Positions 1 to 14,070 of a DNA stretch of 64,000 nt are shown piece by piece (within the stretch, counting starts at the first letter, position 1; each line of letters begins with the position of its first letter). The position numbers and the translations under genes were made by a program. The DNA comes from Eledone cirrhosa (Eukaryota). The stretch lies in the NCBI GenBank assembly GCA_964016885.1, contig OZ024753.1, positions 17,670,001 through 17,734,000 of the forward strand, read 5' to 3'. Below the pieces are notes generated by a model. It saw only the letters and a list, made by a program, of their open reading frames with translations, was not told the origin of the DNA and searched no databases.

Positions 1-1668
1 TCTATATCACCCATACTCCTGAACAAAGCATTAATATTTGCTAAAAATAGATCTAATTTAACTTCGGATGACATTAACATTATTACACATGCTAGACAAA
101 CACTTATTGAATTTCAGAATGAATACTGGACCAGAAACACTTACAGTAATCTTTTTGATATTACTATGGGTTCAAGCGATTCCGCCCAAATTACTGATCT
201 TGTGGGCCTCTTTCTCCTTTTCAACATAAATGCCTCTTTTCCCCACCTCAAAGGTGGTTTATATCGTGATGACTGTCTTCTTCTTTCTAACAACCTTAGC
301 CTTTCAGAAATCGAAAAAAACAAAAAGCATATTAGAACTTTCCTTAAAGACTATTATAATCTTAATATTACTTTTGAAAAAACAAGTAAAGTAGTAAATT
401 TCCTAGATATAACTTTAGATTTAGCTACGGGTATATACCAACCTTACCATAAACCTAACCAAAACTTACATTACATACACTCACAATCTAATCACCCTAA
501 ATCTATCCTTAAAAACCTTGCATATAATATATCACTTAGAATTTCTAACCTTTCTTCTAACCAAGATGTATTTGATAAAAATGCGACCTTTTATAATGAA
601 GCTCTAGATAGAAGTGGCCACAAAAATAGATTAGAGTATATACCTTCTACTAAAAATACTGAAAGCATACAGCATAATATTACCAACAAACACCAAATGA
701 AAAGTACACACCTAAATGCCACCCACAGTATACCGCAAAATACTAAATCTTCTAATATTAACTATAGTAACCCTCAAAAAACTACTCATCATACGACTAT
801 AATAAATATTAATAATAAAACTCCTAATAAAAAAGATAAAACACCTAAATCTACAAATATAACTAAAAATAGTTGTGGTGAGATCATTAACATTAATCCT
901 CCTAGTAAAAATCATGATACAACATATAAAAATAATAAAAATAATAAACAACATAGAAACCGTAATAGACGAGTTACTTGGTATAATGCTCCTTTTAATT
1001 TACAAGTTAAGGATAATATTGCTAAAAAATTTTTTTATATCCTTGAGAAAAACTTCCCGCCAAACCACAAATACCATCAAATCTTAAATAGGTCTACAGT
1101 TAAATTCTCATACTCTACAACAAATAACATAAAACAAAATATAAGTGCATATAATGCATAAAAATGTAAGAAAACCATAAGTATACCACCAGTACATCAA
1201 ATTAACAATAATATCTCCTCAAATACAGAATTAACGAAAGGATGTAACTGTAGAAACAAAACAAACTGCCCATTAAAAGGGAATTGTCTTGTTAACAACA
1301 TAGTCTATAAATGTAATGTTAAAACTAAAGATTCTATTTGCTCATATATAGGAGCTACCTCTAACAATTTTAAGACAAGGTATAATACCCACAAACATAG
1401 CTTTAAAAATGCCGCACTGGCTAATACAACATCTCTAGCAGAAAAAATCAATAGTTATAAAAATAAAAATATAAAATATGATTTGACCTGGAGTGTGCTC
1501 AAAAGAGCCACCCCTTATCAAAATAATAGAAAGGAATGTAGATTATGTTCCCAAGAACTATTTGAAATAATGAAGTCTAGAGATATCTTATTAAATAAAA
1601 GACAGGAATTAATTATATCGTGTAATCATAAACTAAAAAAAACATTTAAATATTATAAACCTAATTAA
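1..1668 (+). pseudogene. PLE RT/GIY-YIG ORF of copy A, interrupted by a nonsense codon
   Basis: Same frame and protein as 5318-7759, but TAA at 1159-1161 where copy B has TAT (Tyr). The frame continues to the normal stop at 1668. Confidence 0.9.
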
Positions 1669-3440
1669 TAACATTATTCTAGAATTTAATTTAATTTAAA
1701 TGTTAGTTAACCTATAAATTTAATTTAATTAATATTTTATTACAGATGAGAAAATATTATGTAATCATAAATTTTGAAAAACCTTTAAATATTACTAATA
1801 TATACTCAGTATTTTAATTTATAGATTAATTTTAATTTATTTTAACCTTTTATTATAATTTTTTTTATTATAATTCTTTTACAGATAAAATATAACAAAA
1901 TAATATCATGTATCCTATGACGGAGAAAGAATTTTTAGTATTATAGACCTAATTAATATACATTTTGGAAATATATTTATTATTTGGTTTTAGTTTTAAT
2001 CAACCTAAAACTTTAATTTTAATTTGCTTAAAATTAGTATCCTTGTACAGACGAATTGCAGAATGTCATGTAATCATAGAATGGGATGTGTTTTGGATAT
2101 ATACCTAGTTAATATATTCTGTGCAATTTTTTGAAAAAGATATGTATATCTATATGTATATGTATATGTGTGTATTGTATGTGTATCTGTATGTATATTT
2201 ATGTGACTATATATGTATGTATGTGTATATATATGTATATATATATATATGTGTGTGTATATGTATATATATGTGTATGTGTATGTATATGTATATGTAT
2301 GCGTATTAATTTTGATTTTTATTTGCATATAATTATATTATGCTATTGATGAAATACAATATCTGCTTTATGTATTGTATACCTAATTAACATATACTAA
2401 TTAACGTATACTATTGAAATAAATATATAATTTTTAATTTAGTTAACATATAATTTATATGCTACTACCGATGTAATACTTTATTTTATTTTTATTTGGG
2501 TTTCTTTTCCCTATTACTAAATTCATCTCCTAATATTGATACCATAACGTTATTAACTTTAATTTAGTTATAATGTAATTAATAATCTACTACTGTTTGA
2601 CTTCATAATTCTGCTTCAAATATTATAAACCTAACTAATTTACACCTTGGAAATCAATATGTTGACTATCTTTGGTTTAGTTAACATATGATTAATGGTA
2701 TACTTTTTTATTTTGGGATGCATAGATTTCGTATTTCCTAGCACTGAAAATATGTAAGAACATACATTGAATTAAGATACGGAAAATATTATATGTTTCT
2801 TGAAACATATATTTACTTTGATCCCCTTCTCCAAACCCCCCCTTTCCCCCATACTATTATCATCTGTTTTTGTAAGAGTATATGTATGAATATATGTGTA
2901 GGTGGGTGTCTATATAGGTTTTGGTATTTATTTCTAAATATAAAAATACATATATGAGCATGTAAATATGAATGTAAGATTGAGTGTGTATATATGATTG
3001 TACATACATATGTATGTATATATATGTATATATATGTATTATATATGTATGTGTATGTGAATGTGTGGTATGTATATGTGTATGTATATGTATATATGTG
3101 TATGTATGTGTATGCTTGTATATAGGAATATATGTATGTGTATATATGTATGTATATGTATATGCGTGGTTGTATGTATGTGTATATGGGTTCTGTATAT
3201 ATTTGTATGTCTCTCTATTTATATGTTTATCTTCGTATCTATGTGATATATGTGTGTGTGTGTGCATGTATGCATATGTATGTGTTTGTGTGTGTTTGTA
3301 TGTGTGTGTGTATATATATATGTATTTGCGCACACTCACATACACATATATATATATATGTATATGTGAGTGTGTATGTGTGTCTGTGTGTGTGTGTGTG
3401 TGTGTATGTGTATATATATATGTATATATATATGTGTATG

Positions 3441-3491
<51 letters not shown>

Positions 3492-3614
3492 ATATAGGTG
3501 TCTATGTGTGAATATATGTCTTTATTCGTATGTGTGTATTTATGTATGTATATGTTTAGGTGTATGTATGTATGTGTATGTATGTGTGTGTATATATATA
3601 TATATATGTATATA

Positions 3615-3661
<47 letters not shown>

Positions 3662-3964
3662 CTTTATTATTATTGTAATATAACTTATGTGTATATGTGT
3701 ATAAGTGAGGTTGTGTATGTATATATACTATGTGTATATATAAGAGTAATGAAATATATATATATATATATATATATATGTGCATGTCTGTTTTTTATGT
3801 GTGTGTATATATATATATGTATGTGTATATATGTGTATGTATATATATATATATATGTACGTGTGTGTATGTGGATGTATATATATATATATGTATATAT
3901 ATACATGTGGGTGTTTGTATGTATATTTATGGTGGTATGATTGTGGGGATATATATGTTTGTAT

Positions 3965-3996
<32 letters not shown>

Positions 3997-4017
3997 GAGT
4001 CTATGTGTGTGTGTATA

Positions 4018-4054
<37 letters not shown>

Positions 4055-4817
4055 ATGTGTGTATGTGTTGCGCGTGAGTGTGTGTGTATTTATATCTTTT
4101 TATATGTGTATGTGTATGTTTCGTGTAAATGTATGTGTGTGTATGACAGTATAGGTATGTGTGTATGTATGTATGTGTAGATATCTCTATGTGCGCGTAC
4201 ATGTATGTATGTATATGTATATCTGTATGTGTATGTACATTTATTATATTTTATTGTTTTTATTTTTTTATTTTTCTTAATTTATAGATACATTTATATT
4301 AGGCTGTCTGGTCTGACAATCTAATACTGACCCCTCCCCCCCCCCCCCTCCCACCTAATTTCTGTATCTTGATCTTGAAATGTGTGTACCAGTGTTTTTA
4401 TGTGAGTGACTTAATTTCTATTTGCTTATGATTTTATATCCACATATATAAATGTGAGTGGGGGAGTGTGTGTGTTTGTATGTTCGTGGTTATGTGTATA
4501 TTTATGCATATACGCACATGTATGTGTGATTATACTGATATGTGTGAGTATGAAAAAAATATATTTATATGCTTGACTCCATAAGTATCTTTGCGTATCT
4601 TATCAGCGCATTAAACTTACAGAGATATTAACCTTGAAATTTTGTGTTTGCATCCATCTTTTTAGTATACACATACAAATTATACACACATTATTGTAAA
4701 ATATGTGTAAGGTTTTTGCATGTGTATACACACACCAAACTGCTTTTAACCCTTTGTGTTTTCATTGGTCAATTTTGAACTGATATTTTGAATTGTTGTT
4801 ATTATCAATAAATATAC

Positions 4818-4972
4818 TTCATTATTTCTGAAGACGGCGTATATATGAGTTAGGTATGTATATTTAATCTTGATAATTTGTATAATTTTGTATAATTTTG
4901 TACATAGATCTGTTAAATATGCATACCAATTATAACACATATATGCCCTAGAAACGATCGTTAAATAGTGAA
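4818..4972 (+). ncRNA. Type I hammerhead ribozyme with extended stem II (PLE 3' end/pLTR)
   Basis: Stem I ttcattattt/aaatagtgaa; CTGAAGA 4828-4834; stem II ggcgtatatatg..ggtatgtatatttaa / ttaaatatgcatacc..catatatgcc; GAAA 4951-4954; palindromic stem III cgatcg; then TT. Confidence 0.85.
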
Positions 4973-5317
4973 CTTTTTTTGTTTAATATAAGGAATTGTT
5001 TGTTCATTATTTGTTTAATATTTTATCTTGACTCTGTATACCGTTTATCTTTCACCGAAAGTGGATTTTCATTACATCTCTTCTTTCCATGATATCCGGA
5101 ATACATTGAGTTCTTCATACAGATTGGACACTACCGTAAACTCTTGGTAGATTTATCTACATAATTTTGCTCCTATTTTCACGGAAATATTCGTATTTTT
5201 GTACTGTATGTGTGTATTAATTTTATATTTATGTATAAACATATATATATATGTATGATTTTGTAAACCCATATACATTTAGTTGAGCTCTTTCAATTGT
5301 CCATCATCCATATCACA

Positions 5318-7759
5318 ATGGAAAAACAATATTTAGGAACCTCCTTAAAAAACATACCAATACCTTCTAAGGACGACTTCTTACTCCTTATGATTCAGAA
5401 AACTAATAATTTTATCAGAAGGGTTAGATGGAGAGCCTACCACTTCGATAGAAAATCTAAACAAGCAGATCGGAAATATATGTATGATTTCAACACTTAC
5501 AAGAATCCACCACACAACTTTTTACTTGAAGACTTCGAGAAAGACCTTTTTAATTTAATTAAACACCTCAAATTTAAAAAGTATAAATCCGTCTTTCAAA
5601 AGGACCTTGATTCTACCCTATTGGACCTAAAAAAGTCTAAAAAAATCCATGTCCACTCGGACAAAACTGGTAACTTGTATCATATGGATATTGAACATTA
5701 TAATGAGTTCATATATAAAGAACTCAGAAAAAATTATAAAAAATCTAATAATGTGTCACTCACCAACATCAACAACAAAACACACAACATAGTAAAAAAA
5801 CTAAATATTGAAGATAGAACTGAACCTTTGGCATTGAAAAGTCCACACTTCAACCTGAAAGATCACAAATCTAACTTTAACTCTAATCCTTCTATTAGAC
5901 TTATATGTCCCTCCAAATCAGATATTGGAATAATTAGCAAAAAAATTTTAGATAGAGTCATCCCACAAATAAGAAAATACGTTATTTTACCACTCTGGGA
6001 AAACACCTCCCAGGTAATTAATTGGTTTAAAAATATTAGGTGTAAATCTTCTGCTTCTTTCCTACAATTTGATATAGATAATTACTATTCTTCTATATCA
6101 CCCATACTCCTGAACAAAGCATTAATATTTGCTAAAAATAGATCTAATTTAACTTCGGATGACATTAACATTATTACACATGCTAGACAAACACTTATTG
6201 AATTTCAGAATGAATACTGGACCAGAAACACTTACAGTAATCTTTTTGATATTACTATGGGTTCAAGCGATTCCGCCCAAATTACTGATCTTGTGGGCCT
6301 CTTTCTCCTTTTCAACATAAATGCCTCTTTTCCCCACCTCAAAGGTGGTTTATATCGTGATGACTGTCTTCTTCTTTCTAACAACCTTAGCCTTTCAGAA
6401 ATCGAAAAAAACAAAAAGCATATTAGAACTTTCCTTAAAGACTATTATAATCTTAATATTACTTTTGAAAAAACAAGTAAAGTAGTAAATTTCCTAGATA
6501 TAACTTTAGATTTAGCTACGGGTATATACCAACCTTACCATAAACCTAACCAAAACTTACATTACATACACTCACAATCTAATCACCCTAAATCTATCCT
6601 TAAAAACCTTGCATATAATATATCACTTAGAATTTCTAACCTTTCTTCTAACCAAGATGTATTTGATAAAAATGCGACCTTTTATAATGAAGCTCTAGAT
6701 AGAAGTGGCCACAAAAATAGATTAGAGTATATACCTTCTACTAAAAATACTGAAAGCATACAGCATAATATTACCAACAAACACCAAATGAAAAGTACAC
6801 ACCTAAATGCCACCCACAGTATACCCCAAAATACTAAATCTTCTAATATAAACTATAGTAACCCTCAAAAAACTACTCATCATACGACTATAATAAATAT
6901 TAATAATAAAACTCCTAATAAAAAAGATAAAACACCTAAATCTACAAATATAACTAAAAATAGTTGTGGTGAGATCATTAACATTAATCCTCCTAGTAAA
7001 AATCATGATACAACATATAAAAATAATAAAAATAATAAACAACATAGAAACCGTAATAGACGAGTTACTTGGTATAATGCTCCTTTTAATTTACAAGTTA
7101 AGGATAATATTGCTAAAAAATTTTTTTATATCCTTGAGAAAAACTTCCCGCCAAACCACAAATACCATCAAATCTTAAATAGGTCTACAGTTAAATTCTC
7201 ATACTCTACAACAAATAACATAAAACAAAATATAAGTGCATATAATGCATATAAATGTAAGAAAACCATAAGTATACCACCAGTACATCAAATTAACAAT
7301 AATATCTCCTCAAATACAGAATTAACGAAAGGATGTAACTGTAGAAACAAAACAAACTGCCCATTAAAAGGGAATTGTCTTGTTAACAACATAGTCTATA
7401 AATGTAATGTTAAAACTAAAGATTCTATTTGCTCATATATAGGAGCTACCTCTAACAATTTTAAGACAAGGTATAATACCCACAAACATAGCTTTAAAAA
7501 TGCCGCACTGGCTAATACAACATCTCTAGCAGAAAAAATCAATAGTTATAAAAATAAAAATATAAAATATGATTTGACCTGGAGTGTGCTCAAAAGAGCC
7601 ACCCCTTATCAAAATAATAGAAAGGAATGTAGATTATGTTCCCAAGAACTATTTGAAATAATGAAGTCTAGAGATATCTTATTAAATAAAAGACAGGAAT
7701 TAATTATATCGTGTAATCATAAACTAAAAAAAACATTTAAATATTATAAACCTAATTAA
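5318..7759 (+). CDS. PLE polyprotein: reverse transcriptase + C-terminal GIY-YIG endonuclease (813 aa from first ATG)
   Basis: N-terminal SLKNIPIPS..FIRRVRWRAYHF; PLE motifs DKTGN, LKDHK..F..NP..RLICPSKS, FDIDNYYSSI, FDITMGSSDSAQITDLVG, GLYRDD, VNFLDITLDL, PYHKPN..YIH..SNHP; Cys linker CNCR..CPL.G.C; IVYKC..YIGAT..FKTRY..H; C-terminal CRLC..E..LLNKR.E...C.H. Pattern recalled as typical of the Naiad clade. Confidence 0.93.
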   Translation: MEKQYLGTSLKNIPIPSKDDFLLLMIQKTNNFIRRVRWRAYHFDRKSKQADRKYMYDFNTYKNPPHNFLLEDFEKDLFNLIKHLKFKKYKSVFQKDLDSTLLDLKKSKKIHVHSDKTGNLYHMDIEHYNEFIYKELRKNYKKSNNVSLTNINNKTHNIVKKLNIEDRTEPLALKSPHFNLKDHKSNFNSNPSIRLICPSKSDIGIISKKILDRVIPQIRKYVILPLWENTSQVINWFKNIRCKSSASFLQFDIDNYYSSISPILLNKALIFAKNRSNLTSDDINIITHARQTLIEFQNEYWTRNTYSNLFDITMGSSDSAQITDLVGLFLLFNINASFPHLKGGLYRDDCLLLSNNLSLSEIEKNKKHIRTFLKDYYNLNITFEKTSKVVNFLDITLDLATGIYQPYHKPNQNLHYIHSQSNHPKSILKNLAYNISLRISNLSSNQDVFDKNATFYNEALDRSGHKNRLEYIPSTKNTESIQHNITNKHQMKSTHLNATHSIPQNTKSSNINYSNPQKTTHHTTIININNKTPNKKDKTPKSTNITKNSCGEIININPPSKNHDTTYKNNKNNKQHRNRNRRVTWYNAPFNLQVKDNIAKKFFYILEKNFPPNHKYHQILNRSTVKFSYSTTNNIKQNISAYNAYKCKKTISIPPVHQINNNISSNTELTKGCNCRNKTNCPLKGNCLVNNIVYKCNVKTKDSICSYIGATSNNFKTRYNTHKHSFKNAALANTTSLAEKINSYKNKNIKYDLTWSVLKRATPYQNNRKECRLCSQELFEIMKSRDILLNKRQELIISCNHKLKKTFKYYKPN

Positions 7760-9515
7760 TAACATTATTCTAGAATTTAATTTAATTTAAATGTTAGTTA
7801 ACCTATAAATTTAATTTAATTAATATTTTATTACAGATGAGAAAATATTATGTAATCATAAATTTTGAAAAACCTTTAAATATTACTAATATATACTCAG
7901 TATTTTAATTTATAGATTAATTTTAATTTATTTTAACCTTTTATTATAATTTTTTTTATTATAATTCTTTTACAGATAAAATATAACAAAATAATATCAT
8001 GTATCCTATGACGGAGAAAGAATTTTTAGTATTATAGACCTAATTAATATACATTTTGGAAATATATTTATTATTTGGTTTTAGTTTTAATCAACCTAAA
8101 ACTTTAATTTTAATTTGCTTAAAATTAGTATCCTTGTACAGACGAATTGCAGAATGTCATGTAATCATAGAATGGGATGTGTTTTGGATATATACCTAGT
8201 TAATATATTCTGTGCAATTTTTTGAAAAAGATATGTATATCTATATGTATATGTATATGTGTGTATTGTATGTGTATCTGTATGTATATTTATGTGACTA
8301 TATATGTATGTATGTGTATATATATGTATATATATATATATGTGTGTGTATATGTATATATATGTGTATGTGTATGTATATGTATATGTATGCGTATTAA
8401 TTTTGATTTTTATTTGCATATAATTATATTATGCTATTGATGAAATACAATATCTGCTTTATGTATTGTATACCTAATTAACATATACTAATTAACGTAT
8501 ACTATTGAAATAAATATATAATTTTTAATTTAGTTAACATATAATTTATATGCTACTACCGATGTAATACTTTATTTTATTTTTATTTGGGTTTCTTTTC
8601 CCTATTACTAAATTCATCTCCTAATATTGATACCATAACGTTATTAACTTTAATTTAGTTATAATGTAATTAATAATCTACTACTGTTTGACTTCATAAT
8701 TCTGCTTCAAATATTATAAACCTAACTAATTTACACCTTGGAAATCAATATGTTGACTATCTTTGGTTTAGTTAACATATGATTAATGGTATACTTTTTT
8801 ATTTTGGGATGCATAGATTTCGTATTTCCTAGCACTGAAAATATGTAAGAACATACATTGAATTAAGATACGGAAAATATTATATGTTTCTTGAAACATA
8901 TATTTACTTTGATCCCCTTCTCCAAACCCCCCCTTTCCCCCATACTATTATCATCTGTTTTTGTAAGAGTATATGTATGAATATATGTGTAGGTGGGTGT
9001 CTATATAGGTTTTGGTATTTATTTCTAAATATAAAAATACATATATGAGCATGTAAATATGAATGTAAGATTGAGTGTGTATATATGATTGTACATACAT
9101 ATGTATGTATATATATGTATATATATGTATTATATATGTATGTGAATGTGTGGTATGTATATGTGTATGTATATGTATATATGTGTATGTATGTGTATGC
9201 TTGTATATAGGAATATATGTATGTGTATATATGTATGTATATGTATATGCGTGGTTGTATGTATGTGTATATGGGTTCTGTATATATTTGTATGTCTCTC
9301 TATTTATATGTTTATCTTCGTATCTATGTGATATATGTGTGTGTGTGTGCATGTATGCATATGTATGTGTTTGTGTGTGTTTGTATGTGTGTGTGTATAT
9401 ATATATGTATTTGCGCACACTCACATACACATATATATATATATGTATATGTGAGTGTGTATGTGTGTCTGTGTGTGTGTATGTGTATATATATATGTAT
9501 ATATATATGTGTATG

Positions 9516-9562
<47 letters not shown>

Positions 9563-9685
9563 ATATAGGTGTCTATGTGTGAATATATGTCTTTATTCGT
9601 ATGTGTGTATTTATGTATGTATATGTTTAGGTGTATGTATGTATGTGTATGTATGTGTGTGTATATATATATATATATGTATATA

Positions 9686-9730
<45 letters not shown>

Positions 9731-10033
9731 CTTTATTATTATTGTAATATAACTTATGTGTATATGTGTATAAGTGAGGTTGTGTATGTATATATACTAT
9801 GTGTATATATAAGAGTAATGAAATATATATATATATATATATATATGTGTGCATGTCTGTTTTTTATGTGTGTGTATATATATATATGTATGTGTATATA
9901 TGTGTATGTATATATATATATATATGTACGTGTGTGTATGTGGATGTATATATATATATATGTATATATATACATGTGGGTGTTTGTATGTATATTTATG
10001 GTGGTATGAGTGTGGGGATATATATGTTTGTAT

Positions 10034-10065
<32 letters not shown>

Positions 10066-10086
10066 GAGTCTATGTGTGTGTGTATA

Positions 10087-10127
<41 letters not shown>

Positions 10128-10888
10128 ATGTGTGTATGTGTTGCGCGTGAGTGTGTGTGTATTTATATCTTTTTATATGTGTATGTGTATGTTTCGTGTA
10201 AATGTATGTGTGTGTATGACAGTATAGGTATGTGTGTATGTATGTATGTGTAGATATCTCTATGTGCGCGTACATGTATGTATGTGTATGTATATCTGTA
10301 TGTGTATGTACATTTATTATATTTTATTGTTTTTATTTTTTTATTTTTCTTAATTTATAGATACATTTATATTAGGCTGTCTGGTCTGACAATCTAATAC
10401 TGACCCCTCCCCCCCCCCCTCCCACCTAATTTCTGTATCTTGATCTTGAAATGTGTGTACCAGTGTTTTTATGTGAGTGACTTAATTTCTATTTGCTTAT
10501 GATTTTATATCCACATATATAAATGTGAGTGGGGGAGTGTGTGTGTTTGTATGTTCGTGGTTATGTGTATATTTATGCATATACGCACATGTATGTGTGA
10601 TTATACTGATATGTGTGAGTATGAAAAAAATATATTTATATGCTTGACTCCATAAGTATCTTTGCGTATCTTATCAGCGCATTAAACTTACAGAGATATT
10701 AACCTTGAAATTTTGTGTTTGCATCCATCTTTTTAGTATACACATACAAATTATACACACATTATTGTAAAATATGTGTAAGGTTTTTGCATGTGTATAC
10801 ACACACCAAACTGCTTTTAACCCTTTGTGTTTTCATTGGTCAATTTTGAACTGATATTTTGAATTGTTGTTATTATCAATAAATATAC

Positions 10889-11043
10889 TTCATTATTTCT
10901 GAAGACGGCGTATATATGAGTTAGGTATGTATATTTAATCTTGATAATTTGTATAATTTTGTATAATTTTGTACATAGATCTGTTAAATATGCATACCAA
11001 TTATAACACATATATGCCCTAGAAACGATCGTTAAATAGTGAA
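10889..11043 (+). ncRNA. Type I hammerhead ribozyme with extended stem II (copy B)
   Basis: Identical to 4818-4972; CTGAAGA at 10899-10905, GAAACGATCGTT near 11022. Confidence 0.85.
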
Positions 11044-11097
11044 CTTTTTTTGTTTAATATAAGGAATTGTTTGTTCATTATTTGTTTAATATTTTAT

Positions 11098-13431
<2,334 letters not shown>

Positions 13432-13631
13432 NNNNNNNNNNNNNNNNNNNNNNNNNNNNNNNNNNNNNNNNNNNNNNNNNNNNNNNNNNNNNNNNNNNNN
13501 NNNNNNNNNNNNNNNNNNNNNNNNNNNNNNNNNNNNNNNNNNNNNNNNNNNNNNNNNNNNNNNNNNNNNNNNNNNNNNNNNNNNNNNNNNNNNNNNNNNN
13601 NNNNNNNNNNNNNNNNNNNNNNNNNNNNNNN
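13432..13631. other. Assembly gap (200 N)
   Basis: Run of N. Confidence 1.
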
Positions 13632-14070
13632 CATGACTGAACTACAGTATGAAACCTACTTGTGACTCATATACTTTGTTGACCACACCCCATACGATTC
13701 AAATACGGGCCACAAACTCCCCCATAAACACGCGGCCTCCCTACACCTCTCATTGCCACCGTCATTTCTGACGGCCTGTGTTACAATTACTCAAATTATG
13801 GAACAGCTAGCTCATAAAATTAATAAGAAAGTGACTGAGCATTCCACAGAAACATGTACTCTTAACTTAGTTCTCAGGAAGACTCAGTATGACACAGTAT
13901 ATGACAAAACTGTCATTTTGAATTACAAGTACAATATATTTTTTCCAATTGTCTAGACTGGAAAAAGCTGAAATATAATGTCTTCCTCAATGACACAACA
14001 CGACTCTGGGAATCGAAATTATGGAAACTGAACACTCTAACAACTAGGCTACACGTCTTCGCATTTCTAC

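Larger units (their letters stand above)
1..5026 (+). mobile_element. Naiad-type Penelope-like retroelement, tandem copy A (begins upstream of window)
   Basis: Near-identical to 6092-11097 (offset 6091 at the 5' side). Contains the RT/GIY-YIG coding 3' part, a long microsatellite-rich 3' UTR and a terminal hammerhead motif. Confidence 0.9.
5027..11097 (+). mobile_element. Naiad-type Penelope-like retroelement, tandem copy B (apparently full length)
   Basis: Unique leader 5027-5317, intact ORF, ~3.3-kb 3' region identical to copy A apart from microsatellite lengths and a few SNPs. Ends at ...aatattttat and runs into (TA)n. Confidence 0.9.

Noticed and set aside
5318-7759. Selenoprotein-type Naiad (UGA recoding + SECIS)
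   Set aside because: No in-frame TGA in the ORF; the stop in copy A is TAA; no convincing SECIS seen by eye.
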